The position numbers and the translations under genes are program-made. Source: an uncultured delta proteobacterium (lineage in GTDB: Bacteria; Myxococcota_A; Polyangia; Polyangiales; B10-G4). From it: DNA of 64,000 bases. Under the pieces are notes generated by a model. That model worked only from the letters and a program-made list of their open reading frames with translations, ran no database searches and had not been told where the DNA came from. Numbering within the stretch: the stretch's first letter is position 1; the number at the start of each line of letters is the position of its first letter. The stretch covers positions 1 to 64,000 of the forward strand of contig CAVSGI010000010.1 of assembly GCA_963727445.1 (NCBI GenBank), in the 5' to 3' direction. Of the stretch, positions 48,945 to 60,094 are shown piece after piece.

Positions 48945-50804
48945 ATGAGTGAGAAGCGACCGCTTCTCTCGGCGCTCGCCGCCGGGGGCGTCGTCTTCGA
49001 CGGCGCGATGGGCACGGCGCTCTACGAGCGCGGGCTGCTCTACACGCGAAGCCTGGACGCCGCGGTCCTGGACCGGGCCGAGGCGGTCAAGGACGTCTAC
49101 GAGGGGTACGTCCTCGCCGGAGCGGACGTCCTGACGACGAACACCTTCGGCGCGAATCGATACCGCCTCGAGCCTCACGGGCTCGCCGACCAGGTGGAGA
49201 AGATCAACCAGGTCGCGGTGGACCTGGCCCGCGAGGCGGCGGGCCCGGCGCAGTACGTGGTCGGCTCGGTGGGACCCACCGGTCTCGTGATGAAGACCGT
49301 CGAGACCGACGAGCACGAGCGCATCCGCGCCGCGTTCCGCGAGCAGGTGGCGGCGCTGTCGGCCCGCGGGGTGGACGCGATCATCCTGGAGACTTTTCGG
49401 CAGCCGCGCGAGCTGCAGCTCGCCCTCGAGGCGGCCCAGGCGGGCACTCGCGGCGCGGTGCCGATCATCGCCAGCTGCTCCTTCGACACCTTCGGCACCA
49501 TGGCCGACGGCACCGGTCCGGAGCGCATGGCCGCGCTCCTCGCCGATTGGGGCGCCGATGCCATCGGCGTGAACTGCGCCGACGGGCCCGCTGGCGTCTA
49601 CGAGATGGCGTCGCGGATGCTCGAGCCGGGTCTGCCGGTGATCGCGCAGCCGAACGCTGGCCTGCCGCATCGCGTGGAAGGACGCTTCGCTTACAAGGCG
49701 ACGCCGGAGTACTTCCAGGTCTACGCACGTCGCCTCTACAAGGCGGGCATCCACGCGGTGGGGGGCTGCTGCGGCACCACGCCCGAGCACGTGAAGAAGA
49801 TCGCTGCGGCGGCGCGGATGGTCGGCGGCGGTGATCCCACCGAGCTCGGCGGCGGGATGCGCGACGACCGAGAGAGCGTCCGTCCCATCGCCCCCGGCGT
49901 CGAGGTCGTGCCTCTCGCGCAGAAGTCCCAGCTCGGCGCCAAGCTCGGCAACAAGTTCGTGATCTCGGTCGAGGTCAATCCGCCGCCCGGGCTGTCCCTC
50001 GACAAAGCCCTCGAGGGAGCGAAGCTCCTCCGCGACGGCGGCGTCGACGTGATCAACGTGGCGGACGGCCCGCGCGCCAGCGCGCGCATGGGCAACCTCG
50101 CGCTCTGCGCACGCATTCAGAGCGAGCTGGGGATGCCGTCCCTGATGCACGTCACCACCCGAGACCGCAATCTCCTGGGTCTGGTGGCGCACCTGCTCGC
50201 GGCTCACGACATGGGGGTGAACAATCTGGTGATCATCACCGGTGACCCTCCGAAGATGGGCGACTTCCCGGATGCGACGCCGGTCTACGACACGGACTCG
50301 ATCGGCCTGATCCGCATCGTCAACGAGCTGAACCACGGCTTCGATCCGGGCGGTAAGCCCATCGGGGCGGCCACGAAGTTCCTGGCGGCGACGGGCGCCG
50401 AGCCCGCAGCCAAGGATTACGACCGCGAGCTCGCCCGGCTGCAGCAGAAGATCGAGGCCGGCGCGGAGCTGGTGATGACCCAGCCCGTCTACGATCCGGA
50501 GGTCCTCGAGCGCTTCCTGTCGGACACCAGGGATCTGGGCGTCCCGATCCTCGTCGGCCTCCTGCCGCTGGCCAGCTATCGCAACGCGGAGTTCCTTCAC
50601 AACGAAGTCCCCGGCATGCAGATCCCCGAGCGCATTCGCGATCGCATGCGCGAGGCAGGGGGCGGACCCAAGGGCCGCGCGGCCGGGGTCGAGATCGCCC
50701 GCGAGATGCTCTCCGCCGTTCGCGACCGCGTGCAGGGCGCCTACATCATGCCGCCCTTCGGTCGCTACGCCCTCGCCTTGAAGGTCATCGAGGGCATCGT
50801 CTAA
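48945..50804 (+). CDS. yitJ: Bifunctional homocysteine S-methyltransferase/methylenetetrahydrofolate reductase (YitJ-type)
   Basis: DGAMGT, TNTFGAN, GVNC, GGCCGTTPEH; then MTHFR motifs RDRN, TGDP, KIEAGA..TQPVYD, FLHNEVPG. Confidence 0.93.
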   Translation: MSEKRPLLSALAAGGVVFDGAMGTALYERGLLYTRSLDAAVLDRAEAVKDVYEGYVLAGADVLTTNTFGANRYRLEPHGLADQVEKINQVAVDLAREAAGPAQYVVGSVGPTGLVMKTVETDEHERIRAAFREQVAALSARGVDAIILETFRQPRELQLALEAAQAGTRGAVPIIASCSFDTFGTMADGTGPERMAALLADWGADAIGVNCADGPAGVYEMASRMLEPGLPVIAQPNAGLPHRVEGRFAYKATPEYFQVYARRLYKAGIHAVGGCCGTTPEHVKKIAAAARMVGGGDPTELGGGMRDDRESVRPIAPGVEVVPLAQKSQLGAKLGNKFVISVEVNPPPGLSLDKALEGAKLLRDGGVDVINVADGPRASARMGNLALCARIQSELGMPSLMHVTTRDRNLLGLVAHLLAAHDMGVNNLVIITGDPPKMGDFPDATPVYDTDSIGLIRIVNELNHGFDPGGKPIGAATKFLAATGAEPAAKDYDRELARLQQKIEAGAELVMTQPVYDPEVLERFLSDTRDLGVPILVGLLPLASYRNAEFLHNEVPGMQIPERIRDRMREAGGGPKGRAAGVEIAREMLSAVRDRVQGAYIMPPFGRYALALKVIEGIV

Positions 50805-51220
50805 CCCCCCGTGCCCGTGCCCGCCCCCGTCTCATCCTCCGGCCACTCCATCAGCTCGGGCACGGCGCCGTCCACCGCGCCTGCGCCCGCATCGGCCGGT
50901 GCCGCGTCCGCGCCGCCATCCACTGGGCCGAGCTCGCGCCCGCTGAGGGTCTCGACCACGTCGCGCATCGGGATGTAGCCGGTGGCGAGCATGATGTTGA
51001 AGATCTGCGCCGCGATCACGACCAGGAGGGCCACGACGTTGATGGAGAGCCCGATCCAGCCGATGAGCTTCGCCTCCGAGCGCACGCCGAGGATCGCCAG
51101 CGCGCCTCCGAGGACGACGAGGATGAAGCCGCAGGGGGGCAGGCAGATGCCCACGACGATGTTCAAAAAGCCGAGGACGATCGACGCGATGGCCGCGTAC
51201 CGCTTCTTGTCCTCGTCCAC
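50801..51220 (-). CDS. Small membrane protein (DUF4190-like)
   Basis: AIASIVLG...three hydrophobic segments; GTG start is inferred. Confidence 0.6.
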   Translation of the reverse strand: MDEDKKRYAAIASIVLGFLNIVVGICLPPCGFILVVLGGALAILGVRSEAKLIGWIGLSINVVALLVVIAAQIFNIMLATGYIPMRDVVETLSGRELGPVDGGADAAPADAGAGAVDGAVPELMEWPEDETGAGTGTGG

Positions 51221-51334
51221 GGCGGGGACGCTTTCACGAACCCGCGGCGCGCGCAATCGTCCCGGAATGCCCCGCGCGGCGTCAGCGGGCGCTGGCTCTT
51301 TCTCTATTCGACCGGTCGCTTGTAGACTCCGCGC

Positions 51335-52183
51335 GTGCGATTTCTGACCCTCGCCGTCCTGGCCGGCGCCTCGTTCCTCTTCGCCGGCTGCCCCGGTGCG
51401 AGCTGTCCCCGGCAGCAGTGGACCTCTCCCATCGGGGCCCTCGACGCTCACCGCTCGACGCGGAGCTACGCTCGCGCGATGCGCGCCGAGGCGCGGGTCG
51501 AGCAGTGGGGCGAGGACGGCCGTATCCGCGGCACGGTGATGATGTTCGTCGAGATGCCGGACAAGGTCCGCTTCGACGCCATGACCCAGTTCGGGCCCGC
51601 GGTGATCCTGACGAGCGACGGCAGTCGCTTCGCGCTCACCGACCTGCGGGAGAACCGATATCTCGAAGGCCCCACCTGCCCACAGAACATCGAGCGCCTC
51701 CTCGGGATCCCCATGTCGGGTGAGGACGTCAGCCTCTTCCTCCTCGGCGACAGCCCCCGCCTCGACACGCCGAACGCGGGCATCAGCTGCACCGGCGACG
51801 GCACCTATCTCGTCACCCTGACCGCTGACGACGGGCGGCGTCAGGAGATCGAGCTGCTGGTGCGTCCCTGGGACGTGGAGCACGACGCTCCGCCCTCTCA
51901 GCAGCGCCTGCGCATGCTGCGCTCGGAGATGTTCGCCCCCGACGGATCCACCGAGTGGCGTGCCACCTACGACGATTGGACGGTGATCGAAGATCCCGAG
52001 AGCGGCGACGAGCACATGGGCGTGGCGCTGCCGATGAAGGTGCGCTTCGAGCACCCGCGGGAGGGTGCGGACACGACCGTGCGCTTCCAGGAGGTCGACA
52101 TCAACGTCACGGTGCCGCCCAACGCCTTCACCCAGTCGCCTCGTCCGGGCATCCCTCCCGAAGAGGTCAGCTGTGACCAGTGA
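51335..52183 (+). CDS. Hypothetical lipoprotein (possibly LolA/LolB-like beta fold)
   Basis: Lipobox FAGC; PDKVRFD..TQFG...LTSDGSRF...LPMKVRF...FT pattern. Confidence 0.6.
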   Translation: MRFLTLAVLAGASFLFAGCPGASCPRQQWTSPIGALDAHRSTRSYARAMRAEARVEQWGEDGRIRGTVMMFVEMPDKVRFDAMTQFGPAVILTSDGSRFALTDLRENRYLEGPTCPQNIERLLGIPMSGEDVSLFLLGDSPRLDTPNAGISCTGDGTYLVTLTADDGRRQEIELLVRPWDVEHDAPPSQQRLRMLRSEMFAPDGSTEWRATYDDWTVIEDPESGDEHMGVALPMKVRFEHPREGADTTVRFQEVDINVTVPPNAFTQSPRPGIPPEEVSCDQ

Positions 52184-53177
52184 AGAGGCCGCCGCCGAGC
52201 CTCTGCTCTCCGTCGAAGGCCTGGTGACCGCCTTTCACACCGACGAGGGGATCGTGCGCGCGGTGGACGGCGTCTCCTTCGACGTCGCGGATGGCGGGAC
52301 GCTGGGGATCGTGGGCGAGTCGGGCTGCGGCAAGAGCGTCACCTCGCTGTCGATCATGCAGCTGTTGCCGGTGCCGCCTGGAAAGATCGAGGCCGGCAAG
52401 ATCCTCTTCGAAGGCAAGAACCTACTCGAGCTCACCGACGCCGAGATGCGCGACCTTCGAGGAAATCACATCTCCATGATCTTTCAGGAGCCGATGACCT
52501 CGCTCAATCCGGTCTACACGGTCGGTTTCCAGATCATGGAGGCCATTCGCCTCCATCAGAAGGTGAGCAAGTCCCAGGCGCGGGAGCGGGCCATCGAGAT
52601 GCTGAGGCTCGTGGGCATCCCCGCGCCGGAGCAGCGCATCGACGAATACCCCCATCAACTCTCGGGCGGGATGCGGCAGCGCGTGATGATCGCGATGGCG
52701 CTCTCTTGCGAGCCGAAGCTCCTGATCGCCGACGAGCCCACGACCGCCCTCGACGTGACCATCCAGGCGCAGATCCTCGATCTCCTCGAGCGCCTGCGCC
52801 TCGAGATGGGGATGAGCATCATCCTGATCACCCACGACCTCGGGGTCGTCGCCGAGTTCGTGGACGAGATCGTCGTGATGTACGCGGGCAAGGTGGTCGA
52901 ACGCGCCGAGACCGTCGCGCTCTTCGACGATCCCAAGCATCCCTACACGCGCGGGCTCCTCGCCAGCGTTCCGAGCTACGGCGACAACGCGGAGCAGAAG
53001 CGGCTCCCGACCATCCCCGGCGTCGTCCCCGATCTGCGCCATCTTCCCGAAGGGTGTCGCTTTCAGGACCGATGTCCGGACGTCGTGGATCGATGCCGCG
53101 TCGAAGAGCCACCCCTCGACGAGGTCGACGGCCATCGCGTCGCGTGCTGGGTCGCCTCGGGAAAGGCCGAAGGATGA
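52173..53177 (+). CDS. oppD: Oligopeptide/dipeptide ABC transporter ATPase
   Basis: [45 protein letters not shown]. Confidence 0.92.
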   Translation: MTSEEAAAEPLLSVEGLVTAFHTDEGIVRAVDGVSFDVADGGTLGIVGESGCGKSVTSLSIMQLLPVPPGKIEAGKILFEGKNLLELTDAEMRDLRGNHISMIFQEPMTSLNPVYTVGFQIMEAIRLHQKVSKSQARERAIEMLRLVGIPAPEQRIDEYPHQLSGGMRQRVMIAMALSCEPKLLIADEPTTALDVTIQAQILDLLERLRLEMGMSIILITHDLGVVAEFVDEIVVMYAGKVVERAETVALFDDPKHPYTRGLLASVPSYGDNAEQKRLPTIPGVVPDLRHLPEGCRFQDRCPDVVDRCRVEEPPLDEVDGHRVACWVASGKAEG

Positions 53178-54148
53178 GCGAGCCGATCCTCCGGACCGAC
53201 GCGCTGAAGAAACACTTCCCGGTGAAGAAGGGCTTCTTCGGTCGGGCCACCGGCGCGGTGCGCGCGGTCGACGGCGTGAGCCTCGAGGTGATGCCCGGCG
53301 AGACCCTCGGCCTCGTCGGAGAGTCGGGGTGTGGCAAGAGCACCTTCGGCCGCGTCGTGCTCCGGCTCCTCGATCCGACCGACGGCAAGATCGCCTTCGA
53401 GGGACAGGACATCACCGCAGTGGATCAGCGTACCCTGCGCCCGCTGCGGCGGCGGATGCAGATCATCTTCCAGGATCCGTACAGCTCGCTGAACCCGCGC
53501 ATGACGGTGAAGGCCACCATCGGCGAGGCGATGCGGATCCACGGACTGAGCGCCGGCGGCTCCGAAGAGGAGCAGAAGGTGGCGACGCTCATGGAGAAGG
53601 TGGGCCTGAGGCCCGAGCAGATGAGCCGGTACCCCCACGAGTTCTCCGGTGGCCAGCGACAGCGCATCGGGATCGCCCGGGCGTTGGCGGTGGAGCCGAA
53701 GTTCATCGTCGCCGACGAGCCCATCAGCGCGCTCGACGTCTCGGTGCAGGCTCAGATCGTCAACCTGCTCAGCGATCTGCAGGAGGAGCTCGATCTGGCC
53801 TATCTCTTCATCGCCCACGATCTGTCGGTGGTGGAGTACCTGAGCCATCGGGTGGCGGTGATGTACCTCGGCCGCGTGGTGGAGCTCGCCACCGCCGAGG
53901 CCCTCTACAGAGACCCCAAGCACCCCTACACCCAGGCGCTCATGTCGGCGGTGCCCACCCCCGACCCCAAATCCAGGCGCGAGCGCATCGTCCTGGGGGG
54001 CGACGTGCCGAGCCCGCTGACGCCGCCCAGCGGCTGCCACTTCCATCCCCGCTGCCCCATCGCGGAGAAAGGCCTCTGCGACCGAGAGGTCCCCGTGCTC
54101 CGCGAGGTGGCGCCCGGCCATTGGGCGAGCTGCCATCTGGCCGAGTAG
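53174..54148 (+). CDS. oppF: Oligopeptide/dipeptide ABC transporter ATPase
   Basis: [36 protein letters not shown]. Confidence 0.92.
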   Translation: MSEPILRTDALKKHFPVKKGFFGRATGAVRAVDGVSLEVMPGETLGLVGESGCGKSTFGRVVLRLLDPTDGKIAFEGQDITAVDQRTLRPLRRRMQIIFQDPYSSLNPRMTVKATIGEAMRIHGLSAGGSEEEQKVATLMEKVGLRPEQMSRYPHEFSGGQRQRIGIARALAVEPKFIVADEPISALDVSVQAQIVNLLSDLQEELDLAYLFIAHDLSVVEYLSHRVAVMYLGRVVELATAEALYRDPKHPYTQALMSAVPTPDPKSRRERIVLGGDVPSPLTPPSGCHFHPRCPIAEKGLCDREVPVLREVAPGHWASCHLAE

Positions 54149-54239
54149 GTCCTCGAATTCGTTAGGGAAGTGAGGGCAGGGGGGCTGGCGTCAGGCCCGG
54201 CTTGCGCAGGACGGCGGGTGCGAGTACACCCCTCGCCTC

Positions 54240-54902
54240 ATGGAGGACCTCGGGGACGCCGAGCGCAACCGCCTGGTCGAGAGGTTTGGCCGACGATTCC
54301 ATGCGGGGGACACGCTCTTCCGCGAAGGGGATGAGGCGGATACCTGCTACATCCTCCAGGAAGGTCGCATTCGGCTGGTCAAGCGCGTGCGCTCGGCCGA
54401 TCGCAGCCTGAGCGTGCTGCGGCCGGGCGATCTCCTCGGCGAAGACGCCCTCCTCAACCGTGCGGATCGCTCCGCGAGCGCCATCGCCCTCACGGACGTC
54501 ACTGTGCTGGCGCTCGATCAGGCAACTTTCGCGCGACTTCTTTCGGGAAATCCGGATGTCGCGAGCCGGATGGTGCGCCAGCTGGTGCGGCGCCTGAGGG
54601 ACGCCGAGGAGCAGCTCGAGAACACCATGCTGAGGGACCACCCCTCGCGCGTGGTCAACACCCTGATCCGCCTCGCCTCCACCACCCAGAAGGGCCCCGA
54701 CGGGCACATGCTGGCGGTTTCCCCGCTCGATCTCTCCGCCCGCGCGAGCCTCGACGTCGACGCGGTCAAGCGCGCGGTGCAGCAGCTCCGCGACGGCGGC
54801 TACCTGCGCATCGTGGACGAGAAGATCCTCATCCCCGACCTCGGGGCCTTGCGACAGCTCTACGAGCTCCTCGGTATGAAAGAGGAGGTTCGGGGTGACT
54901 GA
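54240..54902 (+). CDS. Crp/Fnr family cNMP-binding transcriptional regulator
   Basis: LFREGD, GE...RSASA cNMP cassette, C-terminal wHTH. Confidence 0.9.
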   Translation: MEDLGDAERNRLVERFGRRFHAGDTLFREGDEADTCYILQEGRIRLVKRVRSADRSLSVLRPGDLLGEDALLNRADRSASAIALTDVTVLALDQATFARLLSGNPDVASRMVRQLVRRLRDAEEQLENTMLRDHPSRVVNTLIRLASTTQKGPDGHMLAVSPLDLSARASLDVDAVKRAVQQLRDGGYLRIVDEKILIPDLGALRQLYELLGMKEEVRGD

Positions 54903-55014
54903 AGGCTGGGGTGTCGGGATTCCGACAGTCTCATTGGCGATCCGCAGATCGCTGTTGACCTCCCCCAATGATCTCGTTAGATCGGGTCGCTCCCTCGGGG
55001 GACACCGGACCCCG

Positions 55015-55794
55015 ATGCGGACGCTTCTTCTTGGCCTGCTCATCCCCCTCACGATGACCGCATGCGGCGGTCGAGGGGTCAGTGCGGAAGACGTGGAACG
55101 CTCGATGGCGGAATTCAGGCTCGCAGCGACGCTACATGAGGAGGGGAACACCCCGGCCGCCATGGAACGTCTGAACGCGGCCATCGAGTTCGATCCCGAC
55201 AACGCCGAGGCCTACGTCCTTCTGGGCTACATCCTTCTCGAGCGCCGCGCCTTCGATCAGGCGGAGGAGTCGTTGCGCAAGGGGATCGAGGTTCTCGAGC
55301 GACGCGAGGAGAACGTCGGTGGGACGCTCCCGGAGGCGCACAACATGCTCGGCCTCGCGCTCCTCGAGCAGGATCGCTACGAAGAGTCGATCGACGAGTT
55401 CGAGCGGTCGGCCTCGGACATGCTGAATCGTCAGCCCTGGAACGCGTGGGGCAACCTCGGCCTCGCTTATTTCGAGAAGGGCGACCTCTCCGAGTCGGCG
55501 ACGGCTCTCCGCCAGGCGGTCGAGATTCAGCCCCAGTTCTGTGTGGGGCACTATCTGCTCGCTCAGACTTATTTTGCGCAGGACCAGTTCGACGACGCCG
55601 AGACAGCTGCTACCTCGGCCATCGAGTCGAACGAACACTGCGCTGGCTACCAGTCCGCCTTCAAGCTCCGCGGAGAGGTGCGGGCGAGGCTGGGAAAGCG
55701 AGACGAAGCGATCTCCGATCTGGAGCGCTGCGTCGAGCTCGATGGTGACAACGAGGATGGGATGGCATGCCGCCGCCTTTTGGACGACATCTGA
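55015..55794 (+). CDS. tgl: TPR lipoprotein, Tgl/PilF/PilW-type secretin pilotin
   Basis: Lipobox MTAC, TPRs (EAHNMLG, AWGNLG, PQFCVGHY) with paired Cys; followed by rodZ-like and recO genes. Confidence 0.7.
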   Translation: MRTLLLGLLIPLTMTACGGRGVSAEDVERSMAEFRLAATLHEEGNTPAAMERLNAAIEFDPDNAEAYVLLGYILLERRAFDQAEESLRKGIEVLERREENVGGTLPEAHNMLGLALLEQDRYEESIDEFERSASDMLNRQPWNAWGNLGLAYFEKGDLSESATALRQAVEIQPQFCVGHYLLAQTYFAQDQFDDAETAATSAIESNEHCAGYQSAFKLRGEVRARLGKRDEAISDLERCVELDGDNEDGMACRRLLDDI

Positions 55795-56279
55795 TGGATT
55801 CCCTCGGAACGCATTTGAAGCACGAGCGCGAGCTCAGACAGGTCTCCCTCGAGGAGCTCTCGCAGACCACACGCATCCCGCTTCGGATGCTCGAGCACAT
55901 CGAAGCGGACCGCTTCGACGAGCTTCCGGGTGACGTCTTCGCCCGCGGCTTTCTGAAGAGCTACGCCCGCGCGCTGGGCCTGGGCACGTCGGAGATCGTC
56001 GCGCGCTTCGACGCGGACGCGGCGCCCGAGCCGGAATCGGCCCCCGCGCCGATCGCCGCCATCACCCCGCCCGAGCGGGGCCGCCGCTTCGGCATCGCGA
56101 TCGCCCTGGTGATCCTGCTGATCCTCTTCACCCTGGCCCTCTCGATCGTCCTTCGCCCCAGGCACCGGGACACGCCGATCGAGCTATCCTCCATCGAGTG
56201 TCTCGTTCCGAGCCAACCGACGCCCTCGTCCTTCGCGCCATCGACTACCGAGACGCGGACCGGATCGTCACGCTCCTGA
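55794..56279 (+). CDS. RodZ-like HTH membrane protein
   Basis: LGTHLKHERELRQVSLEELSQTTRI...LPGDVFARGFLKSYARALGL followed by a TM helix. Confidence 0.85.
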   Translation: MDSLGTHLKHERELRQVSLEELSQTTRIPLRMLEHIEADRFDELPGDVFARGFLKSYARALGLGTSEIVARFDADAAPEPESAPAPIAAITPPERGRRFGIAIALVILLILFTLALSIVLRPRHRDTPIELSSIECLVPSQPTPSSFAPSTTETRTGSSRS

Positions 56280-56986
56280 CGGAGCGCTTCGGCAAGATCT
56301 CCGTCCTGGCGCGTGGTGCGCGCAAGAGCAAGCGACGCTTCGGCGGCTCCCTCGAGCCGTACGCGCTCGTCGACGCGGAGGTGCGTCTGGGTCGCGGCGA
56401 TCTGGGGAGCATCGGTCAGGCCCGCGTGAAGCGGAGCTTCCCGGGCATCCTCGCCGACCTGACGCGCATCGCCATCGCCGGGGCCGCGCTCGAGCTCGTC
56501 CGGGAGGCGCTTCCGGTTCGGCATCCGGAGCCCGAGATCCTCCGCGAGACGATCGAGCTCTTCTCGCGTCTCGAGAAGAGCGACGACACGAAGGAGGAGC
56601 TGCTCCTGTGCTTCGAGACCCGCGTGCTCTCATCGCTCGGCTTCGCGCCGAATCTCGACACCTGTGCCAAGTGCGGGCGCCGCGCGGAGGAGGGGCGTGC
56701 CGCGCTCTTCGACCCGATCCTCGGCTCGATCGTCTGCCGAAGCTGTGGTGGTGCGAAAGTGAAGCTCTCCGGTAAGGCGCGCGCACACCTGTCGGCGGCG
56801 GCCCGCCGGGCGTGGTTCGAGGCCGCCGAGACGCCCTGGGACGACGCGGTTCGCGGGGAGGCGCGTCGCGCCATCGTCGGGCTCGCGGAGGGCTCTCTCG
56901 GAAAGCCCCTCAAAGCCTCCCACTCGCTGTCGCAGATCCGAGAAATTGTCGGGCCGAAGGGGGCCGATCCGCCCCGAACAGCCTGA
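56198..56986 (+). CDS. recO: DNA repair protein RecO
   Basis: ALVLRAIDYRDADRIVTLLTERFGKI..ARGARKSKRRFGGSLEP; CAKC...CRSC zinc site. Confidence 0.95.
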   Translation: MSRSEPTDALVLRAIDYRDADRIVTLLTERFGKISVLARGARKSKRRFGGSLEPYALVDAEVRLGRGDLGSIGQARVKRSFPGILADLTRIAIAGAALELVREALPVRHPEPEILRETIELFSRLEKSDDTKEELLLCFETRVLSSLGFAPNLDTCAKCGRRAEEGRAALFDPILGSIVCRSCGGAKVKLSGKARAHLSAAARRAWFEAAETPWDDAVRGEARRAIVGLAEGSLGKPLKASHSLSQIREIVGPKGADPPRTA

Positions 56987-57020
56987 CGAAAACGGCGAGA
57001 ATCGACTAACATCTCGCCGC

Positions 57021-57410
57021 GTGACTGCCGATCCCCTCAGCGTCCTCGTGGTCGAGGACTCGAGCGCCATGCGGGCGTTCGTGCGCGCGGCCCTCGAGGA
57101 AGACGGCGCTGCCGAGGTCGACGAGGCGGAGAGCGGATTCGTCGCGCTCCGGATCCTGCCTCGCAAGAGCTTCGACCTGGTCATCGTCGACATCAACATG
57201 CCGGACATCAACGGCCTCGAGCTCGTGTCCTTCATGCGCAAGAGCGACAAGCACCGACAGACGCCGCTGATCATCATCAGCACCGAGGCGAGCGACAAGG
57301 ACCGCGAGCGCGGGCTCGCCCTGGGCGCCGACGCGTACCTGAAGAAGCCTTTCGAGCCAGCCGAGCTCCGAGAGACGGTGGCCCGGCTTCGTTCCGAAAG
57401 GGCTCCCTGA
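57021..57410 (+). CDS. cheY: Single-domain response regulator
   Basis: VVEDS, VDINMPDINGLE, IISTE, YLKKPF. Confidence 0.88.
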   Translation: MTADPLSVLVVEDSSAMRAFVRAALEEDGAAEVDEAESGFVALRILPRKSFDLVIVDINMPDINGLELVSFMRKSDKHRQTPLIIISTEASDKDRERGLALGADAYLKKPFEPAELRETVARLRSERAP

Positions 57411-57414
57411 GGCG

Positions 57415-59562
57415 GTGGCCGGAGACGACAAAGACAGCTCCGTTCGTGACGAGTTCCTCGCCGAATCTCAGGAGATCGTCGAGGCGCTCTCGCGCGACCT
57501 CCTCGTCCTCGATCAGACCCAGAAAGAGGGCAACCCCGACCCGGATCTGATCAACGAGGTCTTTCGCGGCGTCCACACCCTCAAGGGCATCGCCGGGATG
57601 TTCGGCTACCACCAGGTTGGCGCGGTTGCCCACGCGCTCGAAGATCTGCTCGACGATCTCCGTCTGGGCCGCGTCGAGCTGACCCAGGAAGTCCTCGACG
57701 TGCTCTTCGAGGGCGTGGAGAACTTTCAACGGCTCCTGGGCGAGGCGTCTGGAGAGTCGTCGGACGTCGATCTGGCGAGGTACGCCCAGTCGATCGAAAG
57801 GGTCAGCGCCGGCAAGGGCGTGGTCCACACCGGCCTCGAGGCCTACGACATCGATCCCGGCGTCCTCGCCGTGCTCACCGAGTACGAGGAGCACCGGCTC
57901 CGCACCAACGTCGAGCAGGGGGTCCCGCTCTATCGGCTGAAGGTGCATTTCAGCCTGGCGTCGATCGACGTCGAGCTCGAAGAGCTGAAGAAGAAGGCCA
58001 AGCCCCTCGCCGAGATCATCACCTACCTGCCGTCGATGGGAGACACCGACGGGGACAGCATCGACCTGGACGTCCTGCTCGCGAGCCGCGCTCCCGCGGA
58101 CCAGCTGGTCGAGCTGCTGACGCCACAGAGCGGAGAGCTCGTCGCCGTCCCGCGCAAGGCCGAGGCCATGCCCGACACGGGCTTCCTGCAGCAGCAGCGA
58201 GTCACCACCCCGCCGCCCGCCATCGCCGGCGCCCGGCGGGCGCCCGATCCCCCGAAAGCCGTCGCCCAGGCGCCTTCCGCCGAGATGGTCGTCGCCCCCG
58301 ACGCCTCGGAGGACGGGCCGGGCGAGATCTCGCTGCGCTCCGTGGCGAACACGGTGCGCGTCGACATCCGCAAGCTCGACCACCTGATGAACGTGGTGGG
58401 AGAGCTGGCGATCGTGAAGAGCGCCGTCGCGCGGCTCACCGAACGCATCCGCAACGTCTCCGGTCTGCGCCAGCTGGCGATCGAGCTGCACCGCGCCAAT
58501 CGAAGCTTCGAGCGACACCTCGAAGAGATGCAGGATGGGATCCTCGACGTCCGGATGGTGCCGCTACGGCAGATCTTCGATCGGCTTGCGCGCGTCGTGC
58601 GGCAGGTGGCGCGAGAGCACGAGAAGGAAGTGCGCCTGGTCATCACCGGCGCCGACACCGAGGTCGACAAGCTCATCGTCGAAGAGCTCTCGGACCCTCT
58701 GATGCACATCATCCGCAACGCCATCGATCACGGCGTCGAGAAGCCCAAGGTGCGGGAGCTCGCAGGCAAGCCGACGGTGGGCACCCTGGCGCTCAACGCC
58801 TACCAGAAGGGCAATCACGTCCTGATCGAGGTGGAGGACGACGGGTCCGGGATGAACCCGGAGAAGCTCGCGGCCTCGGCCGTGCGGCGCGGGCTGATCA
58901 CCGAGGAGACGCGTGAGGACATGAGCCGCGACGAGCTCCTGAACCTGATCTTCCTGCCGGGCTTCACCACCCGCTCGGCGATCACCGACCTGTCCGGTCG
59001 CGGCGTCGGCATGGACGTGGTGAAGACCAACATCTCTCGCCTCGGGGGCGTGGTCGACGTCCGAAGCGAGGTGGGCACCGGGACCAAGTTCACGATCACC
59101 CTGCCGATCACCCTCGCGATCATCAGCGCGCTCATCGTGCGCGTGGCGGGTCGCACCTTCGCCGTTCCCCTCACCGCGGTGCAGGAGGCGCTCCTGCTTT
59201 CCCGCGAAGCCATCCGTACCGTGGAGGGGCGCGACGTCATCACGCTTCGTGGCGCCACGTTGCCACTCTGCCGCGTCGATGATCTCTTCGGTCTCGAGCG
59301 AACCGATCCGAAGCCCAAGAAGAGCTACGTGGTGGTCACCGCGCTCGGCAACCGCAAGCTCGGGCTGATCGTCGACGAGCTCTTCGGGCAGCAGGACATC
59401 GTGATCAAGGCGCTCGGCAAGAGCCTCTCCAAGGTTCGCGGGTTCTCCGGCGCCACCGACCTCGGCGATCAGCGTGTGGCGCTGGTCCTCGATCCGCCGG
59501 CTCTGCTCGAAGAGGTCCTCAAGAGCGTGGAGTCGAGTCGTGCGCTGGGAGCGGGCACGTGA
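57415..59562 (+). CDS. cheA: Chemotaxis histidine kinase
   Basis: FRGVHTLKG (Hpt), VRVDIRKLDHLMN, HIIRNAIDHG, DDGSG, SGRGVGMDVV, C-terminal CheW domain. Confidence 0.97.
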   Translation: MAGDDKDSSVRDEFLAESQEIVEALSRDLLVLDQTQKEGNPDPDLINEVFRGVHTLKGIAGMFGYHQVGAVAHALEDLLDDLRLGRVELTQEVLDVLFEGVENFQRLLGEASGESSDVDLARYAQSIERVSAGKGVVHTGLEAYDIDPGVLAVLTEYEEHRLRTNVEQGVPLYRLKVHFSLASIDVELEELKKKAKPLAEIITYLPSMGDTDGDSIDLDVLLASRAPADQLVELLTPQSGELVAVPRKAEAMPDTGFLQQQRVTTPPPAIAGARRAPDPPKAVAQAPSAEMVVAPDASEDGPGEISLRSVANTVRVDIRKLDHLMNVVGELAIVKSAVARLTERIRNVSGLRQLAIELHRANRSFERHLEEMQDGILDVRMVPLRQIFDRLARVVRQVAREHEKEVRLVITGADTEVDKLIVEELSDPLMHIIRNAIDHGVEKPKVRELAGKPTVGTLALNAYQKGNHVLIEVEDDGSGMNPEKLAASAVRRGLITEETREDMSRDELLNLIFLPGFTTRSAITDLSGRGVGMDVVKTNISRLGGVVDVRSEVGTGTKFTITLPITLAIISALIVRVAGRTFAVPLTAVQEALLLSREAIRTVEGRDVITLRGATLPLCRVDDLFGLERTDPKPKKSYVVVTALGNRKLGLIVDELFGQQDIVIKALGKSLSKVRGFSGATDLGDQRVALVLDPPALLEEVLKSVESSRALGAGT

Positions 59563-60092
59563 GCGACGTAGTCAAGCGAGGGACGGTCGCGCCGCCTGCG
59601 CGAGTGGAGGAGCCTCCGCTGGAGGAGCGCGTCTACGAATACCTGGGCTTCGTCCTGGCGGACGAACACTACGCCCTGCCGCTCACCTCCATCCGCGAGA
59701 TCCTCAAGGTGCCGCCCGTGACCGAGGTTCCGCGCGCTCCGCGCGACGTCCTGGGCATCGTCTCCGTGCGAGGGCGGGTGACCACGGTCATCGATCTACG
59801 CCGCCGGCTCCGGATGCCCGAGCAGCCGATGACCAAGAACACCCGCGTGCTGCTGGTGGACGAGGGCAGCGAGATACTCGGTGTCCTCGTCGACGGAGTC
59901 CTGTCGGTGGTTCGCCTCTCGGAGGACGAGGTCGAGCTCGCGGCAAACGTCGGCGGAGATACCGCCGAGTACGTGCTCGGCATCGGGCGGCCCCAAGCGC
60001 GGGCGGTTCGCGGTGACGCGTCGGCGCAGGCGGCGGCTTCGCGCGACGAGATCCTGATCCTCCTCGAACCCCAACCCTTGCTCCGGAGGTAG
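59559..60092 (+). CDS. cheW: Chemotaxis coupling protein
   Basis: YALPLTSIREI, TEVPRAP..VLGIVSVRGRV, GVLVDGV. Confidence 0.93.
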   Translation: MSDVVKRGTVAPPARVEEPPLEERVYEYLGFVLADEHYALPLTSIREILKVPPVTEVPRAPRDVLGIVSVRGRVTTVIDLRRRLRMPEQPMTKNTRVLLVDEGSEILGVLVDGVLSVVRLSEDEVELAANVGGDTAEYVLGIGRPQARAVRGDASAQAAASRDEILILLEPQPLLRR

Positions 60093-60094
60093 GC

